64,000 bases of DNA from Promethearchaeia archaeon (GCA_029856105.1 JAHQWH010000210.1:22685-86684); one strand, 5' to 3'. Shown: positions 9,488 to 20,603, numbered from the stretch's first letter. A program made the numbers and translations. The notes: generated by a model not told the origin, from the letters alone.

Positions 9488-10414
9488 CTATAATAAAGCT
9501 TTTAAAATCTCTGTTAAATCAGAAAGGAAATCTGAAACTTTTTCTATAAATTGTTCTTTTAATTTTTCTTTCATAACAACTGAGACAAATAAAGATTCTT
9601 CTTTGAGTTTTATTCGATGTAGATATGATATTAATTCATTTCCAATCGTTGAAAAGGTAGAATCAGTCTCATAAGTTTCCTCTTGCATTCTTTTAAGTAA
9701 AAAGAGGTGTTCCTTAATCGATTCGAGAAGTTCAATGTATATTTCTGGTTCTATAACATCGTTGTAGAACTCACTCATAATAATACCGTTTTTATCGAAT
9801 ACTATTAACGACTTACTATCGAATTCCTTGATGTACTTTTCTAAAAGCTCAGAAAGTTCAAAGAATTTTTCATCAAATACTGATAACCCATAAGAAATAA
9901 GTTGAACTATTGAAATAATATCGTAAATTGATGTTTGTTGGAATAAGATTTTAAATGAGTGATATTTTTTTAGAATATTTTCTCTTAATTCTTCAATCTG
10001 ATCAACCATTTCCTCGTTCCCACGAAATTCGGGGTCGAATTTATGAAAGCTAATTAATAAAGGAACATCCATTTTATGCTTCTTGAAATTATGCAAAATC
10101 ATATCTAAATAAGCGAGAGTAGTTCCAATTCTTTCCGTATCTTGAATGTCAATGATATATACTAGCAAATCAGTATCCGCAAAATAAAGCTCTTGCTTCT
10201 CTTGATATAACTTTCGATATTGCTCTTGCCCACCCATATCCCAAAATACAATTCTGTTATTTAGAAACTCGGTTGCTTGATATTCAACTCTAATCGTTGG
10301 CGTAAGGGAAATTATATCTTTATGAAAGTCATATTTCTTATTTAACGCTGTTAATATCGATGTTTTACCCGCGTTATCTAAACCAGCTATAATTATCTTG
10401 ATAAATCGTTCCAT
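9488..10414 (-). CDS. Rag/Gtr-like small GTPase with C-terminal roadblock-like domain
   Basis: GLDNAGKTS, TPT, WDMGGQ, HKFD, TSIYD; C-terminal SLIVFDKNGIIMSE. Confidence 0.85.
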   Translation of the reverse strand: MERFIKIIIAGLDNAGKTSILTALNKKYDFHKDIISLTPTIRVEYQATEFLNNRIVFWDMGGQEQYRKLYQEKQELYFADTDLLVYIIDIQDTERIGTTLAYLDMILHNFKKHKMDVPLLISFHKFDPEFRGNEEMVDQIEELRENILKKYHSFKILFQQTSIYDIISIVQLISYGLSVFDEKFFELSELLEKYIKEFDSKSLIVFDKNGIIMSEFYNDVIEPEIYIELLESIKEHLFLLKRMQEETYETDSTFSTIGNELISYLHRIKLKEESLFVSVVMKEKLKEQFIEKVSDFLSDLTEILKALL

Positions 10415-10674
10415 TCTTATAAACCAATACTTATTGTAAAAACTTATTAAAAAATATCGATAAAACCTTTTTTAAACGAAGTTTATAATGAAATTTTTTA
10501 ATAGTAAGTGAAATTCATTATTTTTAATCTTATGGTCTTTTTCAATTTTGCCTCTAATTCGTACCAATTTCTCAAATTTCTAATATTACTTGAAAAATAC
10601 ATACATGACACTTTTATTTTATAATAAGAACTATTTTAATTTCGTTAAATAGTAATTTATAAAAGTGGATTGAA

Positions 10675-10896
10675 TTGAACGAAGAGGAAAACCAATTTTT
10701 GGAATTTTTACATTATCAAATAAACCAGAAAAATAAATTTGAGAACGTGGTACGAAAGATTCCCATGTTTAAAAGCATGATACAAGATGGTCATAAAACT
10801 ATCTTAAAGATGATAGATAAATTCGAAAATATTCGCCGCCGAGAAACATATGACAAGTTAGTGCACGAATTTAATAATATGAACCAAAAAAATTAA
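10675..10896 (+). CDS. Hypothetical small helical protein
   Basis: 73-aa ORF filling an intergenic gap, TTG start, protein-like composition. Confidence 0.5.
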   Translation: MNEEENQFLEFLHYQINQKNKFENVVRKIPMFKSMIQDGHKTILKMIDKFENIRRRETYDKLVHEFNNMNQKN

Positions 10897-10923
10897 TTAT
10901 TTTTTACTTTTATTATTTCACAA

Positions 10924-11346
10924 TTATTCTCCTATAATGGAACAGTAAATTTTTCTATGCCTAGATTTTTCGTCATTTTCAACGAAAATTACATTTTGCC
11001 AACTCCCTAGTATTAATTCCTCGTTTTTGAATGGAAATGTTTGAGATGTTTTAAGGAGAAAACTCCTTAAATGACCGGCACCGTTATGATCGTGCCATGT
11101 TTTATGATGTGCATAATTTTTATCGTATGGAATTAGTTTTTCAAGTAGATCTTTAATATCATGCTTAACAATCCCGGGCTCATACTCAGTTGTGGAAATA
11201 GCTCCAGTAGATCCGGCAACATGTACGTTTACAATTCCATCTTTCAATCCACTTCTCTCAACCGCACTTTGAACTTGAGGTGTAATATTTATTACATCGC
11301 AATAAGCTTTCGTTTTTATTTCAAATGTTTCTAATACAACCGTCAC
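10924..11346 (-). CDS. YjbQ/UPF0047 family protein
   Basis: GSTGAISTTEYEPG, HNGAGHLRS, LGSWQNVIFVEND. Confidence 0.9.
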   Translation of the reverse strand: MTVVLETFEIKTKAYCDVINITPQVQSAVERSGLKDGIVNVHVAGSTGAISTTEYEPGIVKHDIKDLLEKLIPYDKNYAHHKTWHDHNGAGHLRSFLLKTSQTFPFKNEELILGSWQNVIFVENDEKSRHRKIYCSIIGE

Positions 11347-11445
11347 GATTTCTTCTCCTTTTTCTTTCTTTTCAATAATAAATTTAATTAATTATCTTAA
11401 TTTAAGCTATTTATAACTTAGCACTTTTTATCGTTTTGAATCAAA

Positions 11446-11865
11446 ATGAATGACAAGCTAAAGGAATTTTTAAAAAAAATACACGATCCTAAAAATAATC
11501 TTCCAATTTATGCTACAATAATTGTACGCCCCGGTAAGAACATACTTGAATTCAAAATTAAAAAAGAAGAAGCAAATATTTTAAAAATAATTGCTCACGA
11601 AGAAAAAACTACAGGCTGGTTTACTCATTCTTTTCATATCCCAATAAAAAATTTAGGACTTTCGGTTGACTCTAAAAATAAAGATATTCTAGCACATTTA
11701 TCTAATCCAAACAAGATACCAACTAAAGCAACCAAAGCTTATGTTGAAGATATTTTAAGGAACTACATTGATATTTTACCTGAGAAAAAGAAACACTACT
11801 TTAAAACACAGAGGTATAAGAAAAAGAAAGAAATGCAAACTGGCGTTAAATTAAAAGGATTTTAA
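11446..11865 (+). CDS. Hypothetical basic protein
   Basis: 139-aa ATG ORF abutting the convergent neighbour; no recognised motif. Confidence 0.65.
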   Translation: MNDKLKEFLKKIHDPKNNLPIYATIIVRPGKNILEFKIKKEEANILKIIAHEEKTTGWFTHSFHIPIKNLGLSVDSKNKDILAHLSNPNKIPTKATKAYVEDILRNYIDILPEKKKHYFKTQRYKKKKEMQTGVKLKGF

Positions 11866-12204
11866 TTATTTTATTTTGCTCCTTGGCGGGATAACTTTTC
11901 CATTTCGCTCATCTATTTTTAACAAAAAAGGTTCGTTATTAAAATCCGCAGCTAAAAGCATTCCTTGGCTTTCTAAGCCCATAATTTTTTTTGATTTAAG
12001 ATTCGTTAAGATAACAATCTTCTCGTTAACTAATTCCTCTGGCGAATAATAGCTGGAAATTCCTGTTATAATCTGTCTCAACTTATCCTCTCCACAATCT
12101 ACTGTTAGTCTATAAAGAGTCTTAGACTTTGTAATACATTCACAAGTTTTAATTAATCCGACTTTTAAATCTAATTTAGTAAAATCTTTGTAATCAATTA
12201 CCAT
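11866..12204 (-). CDS. Stand-alone tRNA-binding OB-fold (Trbp111/CsaA/MetRS C-terminal-like)
   Basis: DFTKLDLKVG, RQIITGI, NLKSKKIMGLESQGMLLAA. Confidence 0.9.
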   Translation of the reverse strand: MVIDYKDFTKLDLKVGLIKTCECITKSKTLYRLTVDCGEDKLRQIITGISSYYSPEELVNEKIVILTNLKSKKIMGLESQGMLLAADFNNEPFLLKIDERNGKVIPPRSKIK

Positions 12205-12210
12205 TATTTA

Positions 12211-13077
12211 TCAACCTCGTAAGGGCATTCCATTCAATTCGACGAACTCGTCTCGCTTTGGTTTTTTTTCTCGATATGGATTTCTAACATCTTGAATTTT
12301 TCTAGCAAATGTCATGTAGCCCGTATGCCCAATCATTCGAACTTCAGGATGAGTTGCATTTTCTTTCACTTGAAATTTTCTTTTACTCAATTCGTATGTA
12401 TTTATTTCATAAAATCCGTTTTCTTGTAGAGCAAAAGTTGTTTTTTTAACTTGTTCTATAGCAGGTGAAAATGACACAAAGGTTCCACTAAGTTTTAGAT
12501 AACTCTTAATTTTTTCAACAGCCTTCCAGGGTTGTGGCATATCTAAAACAACTGAGTCAACATTAGTATGGCCAAGATCGTCATTTAAAATATCTCCGAA
12601 TTGGATTGAGACAAAATCTTGTAAATTTGCGTTAATAACATTCCTTTGAGCTCGTTTTAGACTTTTTTCTCTGATATCATACGAAAATATATGTCCCTCT
12701 GGTCTCACATAATTTCCTAAAATACATGTTAATGCTCCCGAACCACACCCAGCTTCAACAACCTTACTGCCCGGACCAATCCCTGTGTATATTAAAATTA
12801 ATCCTGCGTCTTCCGGATAAATTATTTGAGTTTTACGGCTCATGTAAGTTACATAATCAGAAGGTAAAGGTTTAAAAATGTAAAATTTATATCCTTGAGT
12901 TTCATAAGGTCGAGAAAAGATTACAGAACCAAAAGATTTTCCTATTAGATCATCAAACTTTATGATTCCTTTATGTGTGTGGAATTCCCCCCCAGATTCT
13001 ACCTTGACCAACCACTTCCTTCGGTCATCAAGAATTAGGTAGATTAAATCATTTTCTTTTATTATCTCTTCAGTCAT
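12211..13077 (-). CDS. trmI: tRNA (adenine-57/58-N1)-methyltransferase
   Basis: RKTQIIYPED, EAGCGSGALT, LDMPQPW, MIGHTGYMTFARK. Confidence 0.93.
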   Translation of the reverse strand: MTEEIIKENDLIYLILDDRRKWLVKVESGGEFHTHKGIIKFDDLIGKSFGSVIFSRPYETQGYKFYIFKPLPSDYVTYMSRKTQIIYPEDAGLILIYTGIGPGSKVVEAGCGSGALTCILGNYVRPEGHIFSYDIREKSLKRAQRNVINANLQDFVSIQFGDILNDDLGHTNVDSVVLDMPQPWKAVEKIKSYLKLSGTFVSFSPAIEQVKKTTFALQENGFYEINTYELSKRKFQVKENATHPEVRMIGHTGYMTFARKIQDVRNPYREKKPKRDEFVELNGMPLRG

Positions 13078-13271
13078 AATTAATCTCTTTTCTAAAACTC
13101 TAGTTTTTCCAATAATATTTAAATTGTTCTAATAATTTCGGCGCCATTAATTTTACAAAATTGTATCTTTTTTATAACATTTAACAAAAAATATAAAATA
13201 TATGCATAATTGATAGAATCTATCATTGTTTATGTAACCTTTTTTATAAATACTCGTTAATGATTTAATCT

Positions 13272-14192
13272 ATGAGTAGTGCCAACAAAAATACATCTCA
13301 AATTTCAAAAATCTCTTTTAAAGAACTTCAAATTCAAATTGAAGAATTTAGGCAAAAACGAGATGATTTAAACAAAAAAACTAAAAAATATATTACCGAA
13401 TTACAAGAAATTGACGGTAAAATCGAGGACTACTTAAAAGTTGTGAAAGATGATTATAAGAAAAAGCGCGATTATTGGAACGATAAGGTAAAGAAATTAA
13501 AAGACAAAAAAATAGAATACAAGCAATTATTAGATAAATGCATCGATGAAGGAAAAGTCCTTTTGAAAAAAAGCAAAAAGGGAAAAGATACAAAGAAATT
13601 TATCTCTATTAAACAAATCGATAAGAAGATAGATAATCTTGAAAGAAGAATTGAAATTGAAAATTTAGAGATTGTAGAAGAAAATGCAATTGTTGACAAA
13701 ATTAGAGAATTAGCTAAAATTAAACATGACTTCTTTGATGAGCAACAGAACAGTGATTACCTTAGAATTGAGCGTAAAATCAAAATTGTTAAAATTAATT
13801 TAAATAAGATTTATGAGCAACTAAGTAAATGGTCTAATAAATCTCAAAATTACCATGCCAAAATGCATGAAACCTATGAAACAATTAACGAATTAAGAGA
13901 GAAAAAGAAAACTCTTGAAGAAGAGTTGATCGAAAATAAAAAAGCAGCAGACGGATACCACGAACAATTATTGCGAGTTATGGATAAGAGAAAAAAAATA
14001 TCAAAAGGAAAACGACCAAATTATTCCACTAAAAGTAAGTCAAAAACGCCGTATAGAAAGAATACAAGAAAAAACTATGAGCTTGAAAAGTTAAAGCGAG
14101 ACAAACTAGCTGTTGCGTTAGAAAAACAAAAGGCGGGTAAAAAACTAAACCTTTTTGAAGCTCGATTAATCCTCGAGCAACCTAAAGATTAA
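13272..14192 (+). CDS. Archaeal coiled-coil protein (COG1340-like)
   Basis: Long heptad repeats with KRD motifs, E-x-x-IVDKI, KKAADGYH, C-terminal GKKLNLFE. Confidence 0.75.
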   Translation: MSSANKNTSQISKISFKELQIQIEEFRQKRDDLNKKTKKYITELQEIDGKIEDYLKVVKDDYKKKRDYWNDKVKKLKDKKIEYKQLLDKCIDEGKVLLKKSKKGKDTKKFISIKQIDKKIDNLERRIEIENLEIVEENAIVDKIRELAKIKHDFFDEQQNSDYLRIERKIKIVKINLNKIYEQLSKWSNKSQNYHAKMHETYETINELREKKKTLEEELIENKKAADGYHEQLLRVMDKRKKISKGKRPNYSTKSKSKTPYRKNTRKNYELEKLKRDKLAVALEKQKAGKKLNLFEARLILEQPKD

Positions 14193-14453
14193 TTTAAGAT
14201 TTAGGTTAAAAATTATTCATTGTTATGATTACTTTTAATTGATTATGGAACAAATTCATAAATAGATTTATTTTTTCACTTTGTTTATCTTAATTTTCTA
14301 AATATTTTTTTGACAAATCTAATTGTAATATAATCCAAATTTCAAACATATAGATAAAGTTCTTAGAAATTTGTCGTAAGATTTAAAATTATTTGCATTT
14401 TATTATAATTCAATAACTACTTTAAAATTCCAAAAAAAAAGATTTGATAAAAT

Positions 14454-15782
14454 TTGAAAAAGAAAGCCGAAGAAATTAGAAATATATTAATTAAACATGG
14501 TGAGTTCTTTCAAAATGCAATTCCACTCATAGCTTCCGAAAATATCACTAGTCCTGCCGTAGATGAAGCTTGTAATTCTGATTTTTCTCATAGATACGCA
14601 GAGGGGTGGGTTGGACAACGCGTTTACGCGGGATGTAAATATATCGATATGGTTGAAGACATCTGTATGGAACTTGCAAAGGAATATTTTAAATGCGTCC
14701 ATGCCGATGTAAGGCCTATTTCGGGCGTTGTTGCTAACCTAGCAATGTATAACGCATTTACATCAGATAATAATGGTAAAATGTTAATAATGCCAATTCC
14801 AAAGGGGGGGCACATCTCTCACGCACCCAAATTCACAAAAAGTGGGATGGCAATTTATGGAACTGCGGGAACCGTACGAGGGTTGAATATTGAATACATG
14901 GCTTTTGATAACGACGAGATGAACATAGATCCTGATGCAACTGCAAAAATTATAAGGGAGGTTAAACCCGAAATGGTTTTATTTGGTGGTTCAGTGTTTC
15001 TTTTTCCCCATCCTGTCAAGGAACTTAGTGATGTAGCAAAAGAAGTGGGCGCTAATGTAGGTTATGACGCTGCTCATGTGGCAGGCTTGATTGGTTCAGG
15101 TTACTTTCAAGATCCTTTGAATGAAGGGGCGGATGCAATGACGTTAAGCACGCATAAGACCCTTCCAGGGCCTCAACATGGCGCTCTTCTATCAAATCGA
15201 GAAGATTTAATCGATACATTAAGATTGTGTACCTTTCCTGCTTTATTATCTAACCATCACTTACATAACGTGGCTGGATTAGCTATAACATTAGCGGAAA
15301 TGCTAGAATTTGGTAGAGAATATCATAAAAATGTTATTGATAACGCTAAAGCTTTAGGTCAAGCTTTATATGAAAGGGGTATAAATGTAATAATGGAACA
15401 TAAAGGTTTCACGGAATCTCATCAAATAGTTGTCGATATAACTAATTTTGAGAAAACTATAGGTTTAGGAGGAGATATTGAAAGATTAGTAGAAGAAGCA
15501 AATATCGTCATTAATAGAAACCTCTTACCGTGGGATATCGCGCAAGGACGTCACTATCAAAACCCAGGCGGTTTAAGATTAGGAACTTCAGAAGTTACCC
15601 GTCTTGGAATGGGCAAAAGTGAAATGGTAGATATAGCAGAATTTTTCAAAGATTTGTTGATTGACAAAAAGGATCCTAAGAAAGTCAAACAAGATGTATT
15701 GGAGTTTAGAAAAGATTTTCAAGAAATTAAGTATTGTTTTCAATCTCCAAATAAAGCGCATGAATACATGAAATTTTACTAA
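14454..15782 (+). CDS. glyA: Serine hydroxymethyltransferase
   Basis: LIASEN, YAEG, GGHISH, YDAAHVAGL, STHKTLPGP, GLRLGT. Confidence 0.96.
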   Translation: MKKKAEEIRNILIKHGEFFQNAIPLIASENITSPAVDEACNSDFSHRYAEGWVGQRVYAGCKYIDMVEDICMELAKEYFKCVHADVRPISGVVANLAMYNAFTSDNNGKMLIMPIPKGGHISHAPKFTKSGMAIYGTAGTVRGLNIEYMAFDNDEMNIDPDATAKIIREVKPEMVLFGGSVFLFPHPVKELSDVAKEVGANVGYDAAHVAGLIGSGYFQDPLNEGADAMTLSTHKTLPGPQHGALLSNREDLIDTLRLCTFPALLSNHHLHNVAGLAITLAEMLEFGREYHKNVIDNAKALGQALYERGINVIMEHKGFTESHQIVVDITNFEKTIGLGGDIERLVEEANIVINRNLLPWDIAQGRHYQNPGGLRLGTSEVTRLGMGKSEMVDIAEFFKDLLIDKKDPKKVKQDVLEFRKDFQEIKYCFQSPNKAHEYMKFY

Positions 15783-15982
15783 TTATTTTTTTATTTTATA
15801 AATGTTTAATTACTCAAGACTTAATTCCATTTCTTTGTCTGAATTCCCCGAGTATTAGTCTTTTATCATTTTAAAACCTTTTTGATTGTAAACTTCTAAA
15901 CACATTTTTCAATATGCGAAAATATTTATAAAGCAATTTAAAATAATATAACTTATAATGAAATCCGGGTTATAATGAAATT

Positions 15983-16966
15983 ATGATCTCTAATCAACAA
16001 GATAATATTGAAGATTATTATATTTGGACAAATAAATTCACAAAAGTTTATGGAACTGGTACAAAAAGAATAGTAGCTGTAGATGGAATTGATTTTAGTA
16101 TGAAATCAGGAGTTCATGGATTTTTAGGCCCAAATGGTGCTGGAAAGACATCAACAATTAACATGTTAATTGGAGCTATTTCAATTACTGAAGGAGATGC
16201 TTTCCTAATGGGTAAAAAGGCTGGTACTAAAAAAGCTAGAGAATTTATAGGATTTCTTCCACAAGATCCTGCTTTTTATGAAAAACTTTCGGGATTAGAA
16301 TATCTAATTTTTTTAGCACGTTTGAATTCGATTCCTAAAAACATTGCAAAACAAAAAGCACTGAATTTACTGAAGTTTTTTGATTTGATGGAAGAAAAGG
16401 ATAGGAAAATCAAGACTTATTCTATGGGCATGAAACAGAAAATTGGATTAGCAGCCGGATTAATACATAATCCTAAACTCTTAATTTTAGATGAACCTAC
16501 TAGCAACTTAGACCCTCTCGTAAGAAAAAAAATTATTGATTATGTGAGGAAAATCTCAAAAGATATGAGTATTTTTATTTCAAGTCATGTACTTTCTGAA
16601 GTCGAACAAATGTGTGATAGAGTCACCATCATCAATAAGGGGAAGATCATATTAACTGATACTGTACAAAATGTTAAAAATTGGTTTTCTAGTTCTACTA
16701 ATCTCTATGTAATTGATACCAATTCTAATGAGACATTCCTATCCGTGATTAAAGGATTAGAAATGGTTACAAATGCTTGGATTGATGAAAAAGAAAAAAA
16801 AATTTATATCAATACTAATGATGTCAAACAATTTCAAAAGGAAATACCAAAATTAATTATCGAAAAGGAATTAATTCTAAAATCTTTTTATCAACCCGAA
16901 TCAAGTCTTCAAGATGTATTTTTGGAAATTATAAATAAGGACGAGGGAAAACATAATGGGTTATAA
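15983..16966 (+). CDS. ABC-2 type transporter ATP-binding protein
   Basis: GPNGAGKT, YSMGMKQ, LILDEPT, SSH. Confidence 0.93.
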   Translation: MISNQQDNIEDYYIWTNKFTKVYGTGTKRIVAVDGIDFSMKSGVHGFLGPNGAGKTSTINMLIGAISITEGDAFLMGKKAGTKKAREFIGFLPQDPAFYEKLSGLEYLIFLARLNSIPKNIAKQKALNLLKFFDLMEEKDRKIKTYSMGMKQKIGLAAGLIHNPKLLILDEPTSNLDPLVRKKIIDYVRKISKDMSIFISSHVLSEVEQMCDRVTIINKGKIILTDTVQNVKNWFSSSTNLYVIDTNSNETFLSVIKGLEMVTNAWIDEKEKKIYINTNDVKQFQKEIPKLIIEKELILKSFYQPESSLQDVFLEIINKDEGKHNGL

Positions 16967-17957
16967 AATTATAAGAGCTGAAATGGGGGAAGAAACAACG
17001 AATAATGTAAATATGAAGGGCGAGAAATCGGGGAAAATAATGAATTTAACAACAACAACAGCCGTTATTCTTTTTAAAAAAACATTATTTAAAGACATGT
17101 TTAAAATTCCTAAAGTACTCGTTTCTATCTTTCTCATGATTTTTGGTCCTTTAATGGCTATTCTTACTATTCCTACAGGTATTGAATTTTATTACAATTC
17201 ATTAAATGATTTTCTTGGTTTAACTTATAGCTTTTACACATACTGTATGATGTTTCCAATTATACTTACTGTTGTTGGTGCTCCCCTTATTGCAGAAGAG
17301 TTGAAATCTGGAACAATGTTAACACTCATAAGTAAACCAATTTCAAGAGGAGGAATTTTGATTACAAAATATTTAGCACTTACTTGTTTCGGGTTTTTAA
17401 TTAATATAGTATCGTTATCTCTAATAACATTAATCGCTCCATTGAAATATGCCTTTGAGGGTGTAGCAGATTTCTTCATTATAAATCTACTCTTTTCTCT
17501 AATAATTCAATTCTTCTTTCAGAGCATCGCATTTAGTTTTTCTTGTTTATTTAAAAAGACACGAAATGCAATATTAATGCCTTTATTGATTATTATTATT
17601 ACTTTTTTTGTATTAATGACTTTTCGACCTCTATTTATGTATATGTATTTGGATGATAGTGAAGTTCCAATATATATCCAATTTCAATTGTTCCATTTTG
17701 ATTTGGGCTATCATTTGTTTAATGCATATATAGGGCTTATAAATATCATTTCAGGGGGGGTTTCTGAGAATATGATGTATTTCCTTTACATGTTTGGTTT
17801 ATATACTCAAGAAATTGATTTTGACACATGGGAGTACACTTTTACTCGCAATGATTTTTATTCACCTTTAGGATCCTTAATTTTTTTACTCTCAATAGCT
17901 ATTGGGTTAATGTTTTTAGGATACTTCCTCTTTAAAAAGCGAGATATCTCGAGATAA
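16956..17957 (+). CDS. ABC-2 type transporter permease
   Basis: Multiple TM segments, IAEELKSGTMLTLISKPISR, FKKRDI C-terminus; overlaps the ATPase stop. Confidence 0.88.
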   Translation: MGYKIIRAEMGEETTNNVNMKGEKSGKIMNLTTTTAVILFKKTLFKDMFKIPKVLVSIFLMIFGPLMAILTIPTGIEFYYNSLNDFLGLTYSFYTYCMMFPIILTVVGAPLIAEELKSGTMLTLISKPISRGGILITKYLALTCFGFLINIVSLSLITLIAPLKYAFEGVADFFIINLLFSLIIQFFFQSIAFSFSCLFKKTRNAILMPLLIIIITFFVLMTFRPLFMYMYLDDSEVPIYIQFQLFHFDLGYHLFNAYIGLINIISGGVSENMMYFLYMFGLYTQEIDFDTWEYTFTRNDFYSPLGSLIFLLSIAIGLMFLGYFLFKKRDISR

Positions 17958-18107
17958 TAATTTTTTCTTATTTAAATTAATTAATCATATGAAATTTTTT
18001 TAATTATTTTATTTACTTTTTTTAACTTAAATAGTAAAATTTATCTTAAATTACATATTTCTACAAGTAATTATACAATATTTACAAAAGTATGAGATAT
18101 AAGTACT

Positions 18108-18947
18108 ATGAGCCCTCTAAAACTCGATGTTCTTAAAGAAAGTGAGCATAAAATAGTATTTTTAACAGAAGGTATTTCTATTGAAATGATTAATGCTATA
18201 AGGCGAATATTACTAACTGAGATTCCTGTTATGGCAATTGATGAAATTATCATCTTAAAAAATGATAGCCCGCTTTACGACGAGATTCTTTCTCATAGGC
18301 TGGGTTTAATTCCTCTGAAAACAGATTTAGAGGCATATAAGCTACCTCACGAGTGCGATTGTTTAGGATATGGATGTCCCTTATGCCAGGTCTCTTTAAC
18401 GTGCGAAATTACAAATACTACTAATGCGCCATTAGAGATTTACTCGGGTGATTTAAATTCGAACGACCCTAAGATCGTACCAGTTGATCCATACATCCCA
18501 ATTGTCAATATTGATAAGAACGGTAAAGTTATTATTGAAGCTTACGCAATCTTAGGTTTCGCTAAAAACCACGCAAAGTGGCAAGCTGTATCAAATGTGG
18601 CTTACAGATATTATCCCATAGTTGAGTTTGATGCAAATGAGCTAAAGGACTCAGAGGAGAAAAAATTAATAGTTAAAATGTGCCCAGAAAAGCTATTTGA
18701 ATTAAGTAACAATGATTCTTTAAAATTAAAAGAGGATTATTGGAAATCTTGCACTTTATGTATGTCTTGTGAGAAAAATAGTAATGGTAAGATTAAAGTA
18801 GTTCCAAAGAAAGACACTTATATCTTTTCAATAGAGAGCGATGGTGTTTTACCTTTTAATGTATTAATCAGAAAGGTTTTCGAGATTTTTAACGAAAAAA
18901 CTGATGAATTTGTATTAAAATTAGAGGAACTTGAGATAGAACCATAG
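18108..18947 (+). CDS. rpoD: DNA-directed RNA polymerase subunit D (Rpo3)
   Basis: NAIRRILLTEIPVMAI, YDEILSHRLGLIPL, HAKWQ, Zn-loop CDCLGYGCPLC, Fe-S-like CP...CTLCMSC. Confidence 0.95.
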   Translation: MSPLKLDVLKESEHKIVFLTEGISIEMINAIRRILLTEIPVMAIDEIIILKNDSPLYDEILSHRLGLIPLKTDLEAYKLPHECDCLGYGCPLCQVSLTCEITNTTNAPLEIYSGDLNSNDPKIVPVDPYIPIVNIDKNGKVIIEAYAILGFAKNHAKWQAVSNVAYRYYPIVEFDANELKDSEEKKLIVKMCPEKLFELSNNDSLKLKEDYWKSCTLCMSCEKNSNGKIKVVPKKDTYIFSIESDGVLPFNVLIRKVFEIFNEKTDEFVLKLEELEIEP

Positions 18948-19329
18948 TCAATCAAGAAATTATTAAAAAATCATAAACCTTACAGATTATATTTAAATAA
19001 TTAATGTTTTCGATTCTTTTTTACTTATTTTGATGTCACATTTGTAATCTATATTTAGTCTTAATTATTCTACTTAAATTATTGTAGATTTGTTTTAGTT
19101 AAGATAACCCATACTATTTTGAATTAAAAAAATATTTTTTCTATTTGATTTCATAGAATGGACTGAATTTTGCCATCAAATAACCAAACAAATCGAGCTT
19201 TTGAAAAATTAGAACTTTAAATTTTATCTAAGCACTAATGGAAAAGACTTTCAAATTAATCGATAAAATATTTAAGTTTTGAGCAATTTTCAAGATTAAT
19301 ATTCTAAAATTTCAATAATTGAGCATAAA

Positions 19330-19686
19330 ATGAGTCATCGTATAAGCGGCCCTTCAAATTATTATAATAGAAGGTTAATTCGTGATTTATGGAAGACAAA
19401 AAGGCGAATTTGGAGAAAGGTCTCAAAAAAGCTGTCAGGACCTAGGAGTAATAGAGTAGAAGCAAATCTCTACCGAATCAATAAGAAAACTAAAGAAAAC
19501 GATGTTATAGTGATTCCAGGTAAGGTATTGTCACTTGGTGATTTAGATCATAAATTAACTATTGCGTGTTTAGATTGTTCTAAAACTGCTCGAAAAAAAA
19601 TTGAAATTTCAGGGAGCAAACTCTTGTCAATTGAAGAATTGCTTAAACAAAATCCTGAAGGAAAAGAAGTAAAGGTATTTTACTGA
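19330..19686 (+). CDS. rpl18e: 50S ribosomal protein L18e
   Basis: IWRKVSKKL, RVEANLYRIN, VIPGKVLSLG, NPEG. Confidence 0.93.
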   Translation: MSHRISGPSNYYNRRLIRDLWKTKRRIWRKVSKKLSGPRSNRVEANLYRINKKTKENDVIVIPGKVLSLGDLDHKLTIACLDCSKTARKKIEISGSKLLSIEELLKQNPEGKEVKVFY

Positions 19687-19710
19687 ATATTTAAAACGAG
19701 AGAGATTTTA

Positions 19711-20181
19711 ATGCAAGAATATCTGTTAATAGACGCGAAAAACAAGATTTTGGGAAGATTGTGTAGTCAGGTAGCTAAGAAAGCGCTATTAGGTGAGCAA
19801 ATTATTATAATTAATGCTAAAGAAGCAATAATTAGTGGTACTAAACGAAATATTCATGAAAAATATTTATCTAAACTCAATATTAGCACTGCTACAAATC
19901 CTAGAAGAGGCCCCTTCTGGCCAAGGCGACCTGATACTTTCATGAGAAATATAATTAAAAAAATGCTCCCAACAAAGAAAATCCGAGGTAAAGACGCTCT
20001 TAAAAGGGTTCATGTATATATCGGAGCTATTCCACACCGCTTCCAGAACAGATATCAAAAGTTAATTCCTACAGAGATACCTAATGCAGATAAGCAAAGA
20101 CTCTCGTACTATAACAAATTTATAACCTTAGAAAACCTTTGCTCTCGAATTGGATGGAAAAATACACAAATTGAGGCTTAA
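19711..20181 (+). CDS. rpl13: 50S ribosomal protein uL13
   Basis: IDAKNKILGRLCSQVAK, GPFWPRRPD. Confidence 0.95.
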   Translation: MQEYLLIDAKNKILGRLCSQVAKKALLGEQIIIINAKEAIISGTKRNIHEKYLSKLNISTATNPRRGPFWPRRPDTFMRNIIKKMLPTKKIRGKDALKRVHVYIGAIPHRFQNRYQKLIPTEIPNADKQRLSYYNKFITLENLCSRIGWKNTQIEA

Positions 20182-20186
20182 ATACT

Positions 20187-20603
20187 ATGTCTGAAAGAAC
20201 AAAAATAATTCAATCTTCTGGTAAAAGAAAAACGGCGATTGCTCGAGCCGTATTAAAATATCCTGCGAAAGGACAGATTAAAATTAACAACGTCCCTCTA
20301 AAAAATTATGAACCGGATATTGCTAGAATGAGAATCCAAGAAGTTTTCGAAGTTATCGATCATCCCAAGTTAGAAAAATGTGATATCACTATACATGTAA
20401 AAGGTGGTGGGACAATGGGTCAAACAGATGCCGTCCGTATTGCTATTGCTAAATCCATAAATAAATTTATTGGAACAAAAACTATTGAAAAAACCTTTAG
20501 AGAATATGACGAATCGTTGCTTTCGGGGGATTCAAGACGCACGGAGCCCAAACACTTCGGTGGAAAAAAAGCTCGCGCTCGAAGGCAAAAATCATTCAGA
20601 TAA
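20187..20603 (+). CDS. rps9: 30S ribosomal protein uS9
   Basis: GKRKTAIARA, VKGGG, DSRRTEPKHFGG, RQKSFR. Confidence 0.96.
   Translation: MSERTKIIQSSGKRKTAIARAVLKYPAKGQIKINNVPLKNYEPDIARMRIQEVFEVIDHPKLEKCDITIHVKGGGTMGQTDAVRIAIAKSINKFIGTKTIEKTFREYDESLLSGDSRRTEPKHFGGKKARARRQKSFR

Noticed and set aside
18948-19329. tRNA or small ORF in the rpoD-rpl18e gap
   Set aside because: No GC-rich cloverleaf or T-loop, and no convincing ORF.
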